The notes beneath the pieces were generated by a model, which was not told where the DNA came from, did no database searches, and worked only from the letters and a program-made list of their open reading frames with translations. A stretch of DNA of 64,000 nucleotides, from NCBI RefSeq assembly GCF_009914755.1, contig NC_060947.1; one strand, written 5' to 3'. Positions 1-10,349 of this stretch are shown piece by piece. The stretch is from the human T2T-CHM13v2.0 reference genome, Homo sapiens. Positions within the stretch are counted from its first letter, which is position 1, and each line of letters starts with the position of its first letter. A program made the translations under genes and the position numbers.

Positions 1-599
1 TGCATCTACGTCAGCAGTGCAGATACTGAGTTGGTGTGAATCATCGCCTTCTTCAAGCACTTGTTACCATTAGAGAATAAAATCTGGGGTCTTTTTGCTC
101 AACAGTTTCCTCTGGCTGCTACCCACAGGGCCCTCTCACCTTAAGTGCCCATGAAGAGCCAGCTCTCTCTCGTGGTATCCTCTGCCAACTCAGGGGGTGC
201 TGCCTGTCCTCTCCAGAGGGATTTCAGATGGGGACAATGAGGAAAACCCTGGCTAGTGATGGTAACATAGGGGAGAAAATTAGCTCTGAATTTTAGGGGG
301 CAGGTGGATCACAGGGCAAGAAAATGACTGAGTTCAGCATATAACCCCCTTCCCCCTGTTCCTGATCCTATGAAATGACTAATACTGTCATCTTTATGAA
401 TGTCTTTAAGGGGATACATTCTCACTTAAAAGAAAACGCCATTTCATCCTAACCGTCAAAACATCGCTCCCTCCATTCCAATGAGGCTATTTCCTGAAAT
501 GCCTTTAAACTCCAGATAGGTGTTGCTTTTACTTTGCCATTAAAAATAAATTTTAAAATCCCAAGGGAGCCAGCATATCAATAGGAATACATACCTAAA

Positions 600-810
600 C
601 TTTAGAGTCAGATAGATCTAGATGCCACAACTTGCTAGCAGTACAATTTTGGTATTTACCCTTTCTAAACCTCAATTTCCTCATCTGTAAAATGGTGATA
701 ATAATAGTGTCTATCCCATACAGCCATTGTGAAGATTTCATAGGATCACGTATATAAAACATTAGCACACAGCCTGGAGCATAGTAAAATTTCAGTAACT
801 GTTGGATGCA
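600..810 (+). mobile_element. MIR SINE
   Basis: MIR core CCTCAATTTCCTCATCTGTAAAATGGTGATAATAATAG followed by ...AGCACACAGCCTGGAGCATAGTAA. Confidence 0.85.
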
Positions 811-1504
811 TTTATTACTATTGTGGCAATTGTTGCTTTTACCTGTAGCCTTAGCTTCCTCATTATTTTGATGGTCCCTTCATTTGTTTTCTTCTGTAGG
901 AAGCAGAACTGCAGGAAATGTATGAAATGCTAGTGGTGAAATCTGGATGGTGAAGCCACCAATGACCTTAAATCAAACAGAACAGCACAGATGGCTCAGA
1001 CTCTCATCTATATTCGTATTTGTTAGAGGAAGGTTGGTGCTGACCTGGAACATGGCAAGACCTGGCATTAAGAGAAAACGGAAGCCAGGCCAGATGACAG
1101 ATGAAAATGATCATTAGAAACATTCATTTCATCACCAAAAATGTATTAGCAGAACCTCAGTGCCTTACCGATATAAGTGATTTAGGCAAGATATTTTAGA
1201 AGGGAAGAGAGCACATGTGAGTTAACATGTGCAACAGCATGACAAGGGCACTAATGGAGGGGTATCCTCAATACAGTGGTAACACCCAGGATGGAGGAAG
1301 TACTCCCTTCTGCTTGGGTGGTTCAGGGAAGCTTCTCTTTAGAGAAGCAAGTTTTGAAGTGAGTGTACAAATACACTAAATTGTATAATTTTTTTTAAGC
1401 CAGTGTTTGTCAAGAGGCATTTTCTCATACAGCTGAATTTTCTGAACTTACCTTGTGCCTCCTCAAATGACATGGATTTCATGGCCACTATCCCACTTAC
1501 CATT

Positions 1505-2260
1505 CCTCCATAACAAGCCCCAAAATTAGTGGAATAAAACAATTGAATTATGCTCATGGATTCTATGGCTCAGGAATTTGGTCAGGTCATAGTGAGAATG
1601 GCTTATCTCTCTTTCACAATGTCGGGGACCACAACTTGGAAAATTTTGTGACTGGAGGGGACTTGACAGCCAGGAAGTGGGATCATCTAGAGGCATCTGT
1701 GCTCACATATCGGGCAGCTGATGCGGGTTGTTGCTGTTGCCCTCTGTTACTGTCCTGGTCATGCTCTATTGGTCAAAGCACAGCAATCCTTCTATATTAA
1801 AAAGGAGGGCACATAGATTCCACTTCTCAATGGGAAGAATATCAAAGAATTTGAAGATATGATATAGACCCTGTGGGCCTTAGATGGATATCACTTCTGT
1901 CTCCTTAGAGACTGTCAACTGGAACACCTCTACACAATTTGTCCATGTGACTTGGTCTTAACAGCATGGTGACTTCAGGGTAATTGGACTTCTTACGTGG
2001 TACCTTGGTGCTCCAAAAGCAAGTTTACAGCAGACAAGGCAATAGCTTCCTCATTTGGTATGACCCAGCCTTGGAAGTCACTCCCACCATTCTGAGTCCT
2101 ACCATTATGCCTAGGAGACCCTTCGTTGGTACTCTTGTCATGCTCTATTGGTTCAGGCAGTCACTAGAGCATCTCTCTTTGATATTCAAAAGGAAAGAAT
2201 ATTGATCCCACCTATTGATGGGAGGAATATTTTAAAATTTGTGGATATGTTTTAAACTCT
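1505..2260 (-). mobile_element. ERVL-MaLR (MLT-type) LTR remnant
   Basis: CATAACAAGCCCCAAAATTAGTGGAATAAAACAA...ATGCTCATGGATTCTATGGCTCAGGAATTTGG resembles the antisense of MLT LTRs; ends ...AATTTGTGGATATGTTTTAAA. Subfamily not assignable by eye. Confidence 0.65.
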
Positions 2261-2337
2261 CCTTAGCCACCCATTTATCAGACCACAACCAATGAATATC
2301 CACCCATTGACTAACCAGAAGGTAAGAATGCCAAAGG

Positions 2338-2790
2338 CATTTGTTCATTCATTTATTCATTAAGTATGCATTGAGTACTTACGTGGGACAGGCACAGATG
2401 TTCTGGGAGACGGACATGTAGAACATAAATATACAAATAATTACATAATCACTACTTTGCTAGGTGCTAAGAAGAATAATGAAATATTGAAATAGAGCCT
2501 AACTAGGTGGGGGTGATGGTGTTGGCAGGGAAGTAAATTTAGAAGAGGTGGCCAGGAAATCTCTATCGGGTGTCAAATTTAAGGAGAGAGCAGAAGTATA
2601 AGGAGCCAACTACATCAAGTTTTGAGGAAGAACATGCTAAGCAGAGGGAATAGTATATGCAAACATTCTAAGGCACAAAAGAATTTACAAATTCAAGAAA
2701 GTGAAAGAGGGTCTCAAAGTGACCACACCACAGAGAGAGAATAATTGTACATGACGAAGTTGGAGTGGTATACAGGGGTCAAACTCTTAG
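2338..2790 (-). mobile_element. L2 LINE 3' fragment
   Basis: CATTCATTTATTCATTAAGTATGCATTGAGTACTTACGTGGGACAGGCAC is the antisense L2 3' terminus, followed by purine-rich L2 body. Confidence 0.7.
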
Positions 2791-3264
2791 CAGTTTAATA
2801 GGTCCATTCCCCCTTAGCCTGCCTTTTACTACTATTAAGCACCCCTTCATTTACCTTCACATGACTTGTTACAAGAACTTCAGTACGAAAAGCATAAGAA
2901 TTAAGTAAAGAGAGAAGGAAATGTGGCTCTTGCAGAAAGAGCAAGATGCATCTGGTCTGGTCATATTGTTTGGGCTGCCATTAAAGGCCAGATATTAGAC
3001 CAAAGGGTCCAACGTTTCCACAGAGCTGCTCAGTAAACTAACATATGAAAGACCTTGATACCCAGCTTGTGTCTTGCTTGCCAAAGATGAAAGTAAACTG
3101 ATACCCTGGCAAAACCAAGAAGTCTCAGAAGCCCGGCCTCTATTTTTCTAGCCTCTACTTTCAGATCACTTCACAGTTATTCAGATACCTCCCTGGTCCA
3201 TACTTCTTTACTATATCAAAACAAGAAAGGACCCAATGACATCCAATTATGATAATGATGATAG

Positions 3265-3500
3265 CCACTAAAATAATAATTAACGTGTATCAAGTATCTC
3301 CTGAGTGCTAAGAGTTTTACATGCATTATCTCTTTTAATCTTCATTTAACATCCTTGTGAGGTAATATAGTACTAGTATTTCCATTTTACACCTAAGAAA
3401 TTTGAAGGTCAGGGAGGCTAAGTTATTTGCCTAAGGTTACAGAGCGAAGACTCACAAACTCTGTCTGAGTGGTGAACCCCCATTTTTAAGTACTATTGAA
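3265..3500 (-). mobile_element. MIR SINE
   Basis: TTTACATGCATTATCTC...CCATTTTACACCTAAGAAATTTGAAGGTCAGGGAGGCTAAGTTATTTGCCTAAGGTTACAGAG (antisense MIR core). Confidence 0.8.
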
Positions 3501-5454
3501 TATTGTAACTCTTCCAGATAGTGAAATATACAGTCAGGTACCTAGAAATTTGGCATATGCAGTGCCCCTAAAGGTGAATATTTGCCTGAATTTTTCACCT
3601 GTATCCTGATGCTTGGCTTTATCTAGGCCAAACTGAACTGTGGCTTGTACAAAAATATCTTCCCCTTCTCAAGGCATTGCTTTCATGCTCTAATTTAGGT
3701 TTTTCTCAAATGAATTTTTATTTGCATTCTGGTTTAAGAATCAAGTCCTTAAACTTACACAAACTACCACTTTGATCTACAGTATCCTTGGAGAGCATAG
3801 CATTTAATCAGCTTCATTAAGTACTTTGAATTAAGTGATATGCAGAGAACAGCTTGCCTTTAATAGATCTCCTTACCTGATCTCAATGGGGCCCTGTCTT
3901 AGGTATTAAACAGGAGAAACCCAATTAGTTCTAGTTGTTGCTCTCCATGGATGTGTTGCCTTCTCATTGGCAGATGGCAGCTGGTGTTGTGAAGGAAGCA
4001 ATGACCCTTAAATTTTCCAGGTGGAGACAGCCCTCCCTCTTCTTCTTCATGACACTTCTTTTTTTCCCCCAATACTTCATACAATCCACATATCTCCAAG
4101 ACCTATAACTCCAGAGTTTGTGATCTCCTCAACAGAGGCCAGTTGTATTCCCAGACCACTTGATAATACCTTGGTTTGGCTTAGTTGAACAAACATTTAT
4201 TGGGTGCAGGCTCCGTATCTGAGACCATGTTGGTGTTCCAGTGGTTAGACAGGAGAGTTTTGAAATTAAAGTCACATGATTCTTATTCTTTTTGTGCCTA
4301 GAAGAGTACTAACCAGTCAGTGTTTTTGCTTAAATTGATATTTAACATACTTATATGTTACATTTATATTTAACAAATATTTCAAGTGAATGAATGAATG
4401 CTTTAGGTCCCCTTTCCAAGGGTTCAAGATAATGCTGCTTCCTGACACTAAGAGGAAATTCTCAAGATTCTCCACCTGTCACCACAAATTCTGCTGTAAA
4501 ATTTGCTCCAAGACAAATATCAAACTTCTAGAACCGGAATTATCCTTAAGACATTAAGTAGTTCAGCCTCTGCTTCAGGCAGGTGAACAACTACTCTACA
4601 TGTAGGATAAACGTCAGCATGAATTCATTATTAGGTGAAGAGGCAGGCATAAATTCAAAAACTTACTGTACAATGTAATTGGTGTAAAATATAAATATGT
4701 ACAAAGTGCTTTAATAGCATAGGAAAAAATAGGGCCTAACTTTAGAGGGATGTTGAAGGATCAGGGAGTGCTTCACTGAGTGTGTGACACTTTGATATTT
4801 GACGTTTGATATTTTAAGGATGAAAAGGAGTTAACGTGAGAAAATGAGGCAGAGGCAAAAGTAGAAACAGCATGTGTAAAATCACAGAGTCACAAAGAAT
4901 ATGAGACCCTTATTCTGTTCCTAATTGTGAGTCATTGTGGCAGAGGTTGATTAAACGCCAGAGGGATGCAGTCATGTTTTCCTGATAGGAAGTTCACTAT
5001 GGTGATAATGTAAGAAAGAGCCCAGAAAGCCATTCTTAGTTCATGCCAGCCCCTTGCTAGCCTTTATGATTGCTATGGATGGAAAAGCATCAGAGATACA
5101 GCTAGCACTTTTCTCCCTTGGGTTTTTCACTCTAGAAATGGAAACACACCAAGTTATTGGAAATTGTTATGCTCAGTGGATGTTGAGCTATGCTGTGTTG
5201 GATGATAGCACAAGTGTTAAGTCAAACATCTATGCTATACACTTTTTTTTTTTTTGGCATTTAAGGCACTATGAGGGAAGTATAGAAGCAGTAAGTGACA
5301 AGATCCTTGCCCTCAGAGCTGATAACTTGCCTGTGAGAGAAAAGAAGCTTCCCAAGTATCTAGAAGTGCTTCCATACTGGTATATAAATGTGGGTTGTTG
5401 AACATTTCTGCTTTTTGTACAATTTGCAATAATTTGTTAAACTTTGATTACTTT

Positions 5455-5830
5455 TCAATAGGTAATTTATTTACATAATTCCCACCTCAAAAGGTACACC
5501 TCCCCTCTATTTAGTTTCTCTACCAAAAGGCACCCAATATCACCAAATTCATATATTTCTTTCTAGAACAGTCTATTAATCTATAATTAAGTTTTAAATA
5601 TTTTTCTTTTACTGTTTTTGCACAACTTGTGCCACACTGTGCACATTGCACTAACCTTGTATTTTGCACTTGCAATAGATTATGGAGATCTTTCCATATC
5701 AACACATGAAGAGCTGATTTGTTCTTTTTTGTTTGTTTGTTTATGGATGTATTATATTCCATTGTGTGAATGTGCTTTAATTTATTGGACTAGTTAGGTT
5801 GTTTTTAATCTTTTGTTCTTACAAATAATC
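5455..5830 (-). mobile_element. Old L1 (L1ME-like) 3' fragment
   Basis: GGAGATCTTTCCATATCAACACATG...TATTCCATTGTGTGAATGTGC...TTATTGGAC...TAGGTTGTTT, typical of antisense old L1 3' ends. Confidence 0.55.
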
Positions 5831-6069
5831 TTTAAAAAACTAATTTTAATCTTAGGACATTTTTTATCTCATGCATTTTCATCAAGACTTTAGGTGAAGA
5901 AAGGAGAGAGACTAGGATTTAAATTGCATTATTTTATTGTATTACTTTTTTTCCCTTCTTCTCACCTCACATTAACCCATGTTCCCCTATAGAAAGTTAT
6001 CTGCAGTAATGTCTTCTATGATCCAAGAAAGCCATTTTGGGCAATCCAAGATTGTGGGCTCCCCCCATT

Positions 6070-6320
6070 TAGTGAAAAGATCATGGGTTTGATGTTAGGC
6101 AAACCTTGGGATCAAATTCAAATTCTGGTTTCACTATTTTCTAGCTGTATGGTCTTTAGCAAGTGAGTTAATCTTTGCATCTCAGTTATAGCATCTGTAA
6201 AATGGGGATAATAACAGTAGCTACCTCATGGTGTTGCTGTGGGGATTTAGCATGACAATCCATGCAAAGGACTTAGCATAGTGCCTGTCACCTACGAAAT
6301 GTTCGACAAATGAACATTTA
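6070..6320 (+). mobile_element. MIR SINE
   Basis: CTAGCTGTATGGTCTTTAGCAAGTGAGTTAATC...CATCTGTAAAATGGGGATAATAACAGTAGCTACCTCATGG...CTTAGCATAGTGCCTG. Confidence 0.9.
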
Positions 6321-6493
6321 ACACTCTTCTTATTCACTAATGTGGAGAAAGTTGATAGAACAAAGGAAAACTCATCAATTTCACAGTAACGATTCTTGAC
6401 ACTATAGAAACATTTCCACTTTTTTGAGGTTTTTCAGAAGGTGCCAAAAGCCACTAAAAATTTCAAACTCTTTTTGGACCAGTTATATGTTCC

Positions 6494-7416
6494 TTATTGC
6501 ACCAATTTTCTCAGAACTACCTTCCCATCCTTGTTCCTTAAGGTGTAAATGATATGGTTGAGGGCAGGGGTAAGCACTGTATACAGAATAGAAAGTAACT
6601 TCAATAAGTCTTCATACAAGACTTCAATAAGTCTTGATGGGAAGCCATAAACAATGCTCAGTACCCCATAATAGAGACTAACTACAGTCTGATGGGAGGA
6701 ACAGGTGGAGAAAGCCCTCTGCTTTCCTGTGGCAGAAGGAATCCTCAGAACGGCAGTGATGATGTGATCATAAGAAGCCAGGGTCAGCAGGAAGGGGCCA
6801 AGGACAAATAAAGAGGTGCATATAAAAGAGGTCATCTGAGCTACTTCAGTGTCAGTGCAAACCAGTTTCATGATGGGCTTCAAATCACGGAAGTGTTCGA
6901 CCACATTGGTGGAACAGAATGTTAAGTGAAAAATGAGGACAATGAGGAGAGTGAATGCCAGAAATCCAGCCACCCATGAGGCACTAGCTAGCTGTAAGCA
7001 ACTCCAGTGGTCCATGATGCTGAAGTATTGCAGTGGGTTACAGGTGGCTATATAGCAATCATAAGACATTACAGCCAGGAAGAAGCATTCTGTAGCCACC
7101 AAGGCAAAAAGTAAAACTGGGAAACACAGGCTAGAAAGTAAAAAGGCATATGAGCTGATGGCAGTCCTCAGCCTCATGGGCTCAATGGTACTGGTGCAGC
7201 CAATCTCTAGGAAGAAGTGACCAAGAAAGAAAAACATGGGCGTGTGAAGGAAATGATTAGCTGACACCACAGGATCGCAATGTTGCCCATTACAGTCACC
7301 ACATAGATGGCCAGAAATATCCCAAAAAGAAGAAACTGAAGGCCATGGAGATCCCCAAAACCCAAAAAGATAATTTCTGAAATTTGAATCGTGTTTTCTT
7401 CTTCAGTTCCAGCCAT
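6494..7416 (-). pseudogene. Olfactory receptor pseudogene, full length, family 11 (OR11A-like)
   Basis: ORF 7207-7416 gives the OR N-terminus/TM1 (IIFLGFGDLHGLQFLLFGIFLAIYVVTVMGN). A frameshift near 7270 leads into ORF 6494-7270 with OR motifs LHTPMFFFL, ECFFLAVMSYDCYIATCNPLQY, RAFSTCSSH, YTVLTPALNHIIYTLRNKD. A compensated frameshift pair lies at ~7100-7170 (the alternate frame reads FLACVSQFYFF). DRY->DCY and HFFCD->HFRD are further lesions. A splice acceptor TTTTTTTTAG sits 9 nt upstream of the ATG (AG at 7427-7426). Symbol not assigned. Confidence 0.95.
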
Positions 7417-8009
7417 GATTTGGATCTAAAAAAAAATAAATATTTGAAGAATAACCATTGATCTGATACTTTTTTTAGAAAAACATCAAACTGCTTTAAA
7501 GTGTCACACATACCGAGCATAATTGGCTTCTTTCTGGAAGTCCAGGATTATTACACTTAATTAATAAATTTGACTCCAGTCCTCCAGGGGCCATTTGGAA
7601 AGTTAATCCATGACTTCAATTATCCCATCATATTTAGAATGTATAGACTCTTAAAACTGTAACTGTGACACATAAATATGTACATTTTTTCCAATATGTA
7701 TTTTGGAAAATGCTCGATCCTTTCAGATCTTAACTGGTTGTTCCTACTGCTGTGCTGGTGTTATCATCAACAATGAATATTCCTAATTACCTGTGTGTAA
7801 ATTTCATAAGAGCAATGATTAAATCTGTTTCTTGTTTTAGAAATTCTATACCAATTGAATTATATTTTTATTTGTGGTAAAATTATAGTGCTTTATTTCA
7901 TCATAACAAAGGATGTCTAATCCTTAAACTTGTTTGATAGAAAATTCGTTAAACATTAGTAGAGGAGGCACAGAAGAGCAAGGGTGAACTACTGATGGTG
8001 GGGAGATGG

Positions 8010-8190
8010 TATAGCATAGCGGAAAAAGACATGCCTAAAGTCAAATCCCAGCTTTGCCACTTACTGGCTGTGTACCCTGGAGCAAGTCACATCACTTCTC
8101 TGAAAGTTGGTATCCTCATCTATAGAATAGTATATGAATTCGATGTAACACATTTTGCACAATTACTGGTCCATATTAGGTACTCAATAC
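8010..8190 (+). mobile_element. MIR SINE
   Basis: TCAAATCCCAGCTTTGCCACTTACTGGCTGTGTACCCTGGAGCAAGTCACATCACTTCTCTG...CCTCATCTATAGAAT. Confidence 0.85.
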
Positions 8191-8442
8191 ATTCATTCAT
8201 ACATTCAACAAATATTTACTAAATGCTTACTCTGTGCCAACTCTTAGGTGCTTAGAATAAAATAGTAAAAAAAGTCAATACTTTTTTAACACATCAGGAA
8301 TACCCTCTACATTTCATGGAGTTAGCATTTCAGTGAGAGAGAAAGAAGAAAGACTAAAAACAAGGAAAGAGACCCATAAAGAATTGTGAATTGTTTACTA
8401 TGAATGTAAACAAACAAGGACCCAAAATATAAAATATGCTCT

Positions 8443-8445
<3 letters not shown>

Positions 8446-8492
<47 letters not shown>
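8446..8492. repeat. (TG)n microsatellite
   Basis: Uninterrupted TG run of about 23 units. Confidence 0.98.
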
Positions 8493-8495
<3 letters not shown>

Positions 8496-8692
8496 GGAGA
8501 GGGGTATTTTGTTCGGAGTGGCCAAGAAAAGCCTAAAAATTTGAGACCTAAAAAAATGGGAAGGAGATAATAATGCAAGAATTAGAAGTGGGGGTGAGGG
8601 AGAACATTCTAGGCAAAGGGTATAAGCCATGAGCATGCAAACATTGAGTGTTAGAAAAACTAATATAAACTTAAAAAGACCAGCATATTGTG

Positions 8693-8699
8693 GAGAGAC

Positions 8700-8737
<38 letters not shown>
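8693..8737. repeat. (AG)n microsatellite
   Basis: AG run directly visible. Confidence 0.95.
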
Positions 8738-8742
<5 letters not shown>

Positions 8743-9404
8743 AGAAGATAGAAAAAATAGGAAGGGCCAGATCATTCAGGTTCTTGCAGATCATGCTAAA
8801 GAATTTAGATGTTTTTAAAGACTGTAGGAATCCACTGGAGGATGTTAAGCAGTAGTGATGAAATTTACAGCTGAAAATCATGTTTCCTGCTATCTGATAA
8901 ATGAATTAGAGAGAGAACTTCATGGGTAGAGTAAGACAATTAAAAAACTACTTCAGTGGAACAGGTAAGAGGTAATAGTAAACCTGAATAATGTTGTTGC
9001 AGAAAAGATAGAAAAAAGAGAGATTCAAGACATATTTGGGAGGTAAAAATGTCAGGACTTACTGACATATCAGATATGGAGAGTAATGAAAACTGACTAT
9101 CAGAGATGACTCATGGGTTTCTGGTTTGAGTAAGTGGTGCAATTTACTTGGATAGTGAGATTATATAAAAAGAAAATTTAGGGGAAACATAAATTCAATT
9201 TGTATTGTTTGAGGTGTCCATGAGAATTCTGGGTAAAAGGAAGAAACAGGCAGCTAGATTTGAAAGTATGTAGCCCAGAAGAGAGGGCTGGACTAGGGTA
9301 TAAGTTTAGGAGGTATCTGAATATAGATAACATTGAAATCCATGGGAATGGAGATATTATAGATAAAGAAGTATGTGCTGCACTAAGCTTTAAGGGTCTC
9401 TCTC

Positions 9405-10349
9405 GAGGTGAGGGGCGCCTCTGCCCGGCCGCCCCTACTGGGAAGTAAGGAGCTCCTCTGCCCGGCCAGCCGCCCCGTCCGGGAGGGAGGGGGGGGGGTT
9501 AGCCCCCCGCCCGGCCAGCCAGGGAGGGAGGTGGGGGGGTCAGCCCCCCGCCCAGCCAGCCACCCCGTCCGGGAGGTGAGGGGCGCCTCTGCCCGGCCGC
9601 CCCTACTGGGAAGTGAGGAGCCCCTCTGCCCGGCCAGCCGCCCCATCCGGGAGGGAGGTGGGGGGGTCAGCTCCCCGCCCGGCCAGCCGCCCCGTCCGGG
9701 AGGGAGGTGGGATCAGCCCCCCGCCCGGCCAGCCACCCCGTCCAGGAGGTGAGGGGCGCCTCTGCCCGGCCGCCCCTACTGGGAAGTGAGGAGCCCCTCT
9801 GCCCGGCCACCACCCCGTCTGGGAGGTGTGCCCAGCGGCTCATTGAGGGCGGGCCATGATGACAATGGCGGTTTTGTGGAATAGAAAGGGGGGAAAGGTG
9901 GGGAAAAGATTGAGAAATCGGATGGTTGCCGTGTCTGTGTAGAAAGAGGTAGACATGGGAGACTTTTCATTTTGTTCTGTACTAAGAAAAATTCTTATCC
10001 TGTTGATCTGTGACCTTACCCCCAACCCTGTGCTCTCTGAAACATGTGCTGTGTCCACTCAGGGTTAAATGGATTAAGGGCGGTGCAAGATGTGCTTTGT
10101 TAAACAGATGCTTGAAGGCAGCATGCTCGTTAAGAGTCATCACCACTCCCTAATCTCAAGTACCCAGGGACACAAACACTGCGGAAGGCCGCAGGGTCCT
10201 CTGCCTAGGAAAACCAGAGACCTTTGTTCACTTGTTTATCTGCTGACCTTCCCTCCACTATTATCCTATGACCCTGCCAAATCCCCCTCTGCGAGAAACA
10301 CCCAAGAATGATCAATAAAAAAAAATAAATTAATTAAAAAAAAAAAAAA
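9405..10349 (+). mobile_element. SVA retrotransposon, 5'-truncated (VNTR + SINE-R + polyA)
   Basis: GC-rich VNTR units GAGGTGAGGGGCGCCTCTGCCCGGCCGCCCCTACTGGGAAGTGAGGAGC / CCAGCCGCCCCGTCCGGGAGG (9405-~9830). HERV-K-derived SINE-R follows (...GAAACATGTGCTGTGTCCACTCAGGGTTAAATGG...CCCAAGAATGATCAATAAA), then an A tail. The CCCTCT hexamer and Alu-like domain are absent. Confidence 0.98.

Noticed and set aside
5054-5401. 115-aa ORF
   Set aside because: Non-ATG start, no recognisable domain, partly overlaps L2-like sequence.
9405-9830. Regularly spaced repeats superficially like a CRISPR array
   Set aside because: Tandem VNTR units without unique spacers, in primate DNA with no cas genes.
9260-10311. 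Overlapping Pro/Gly/Arg-rich ORFs
   Set aside because: Products of the SVA VNTR and SINE-R.
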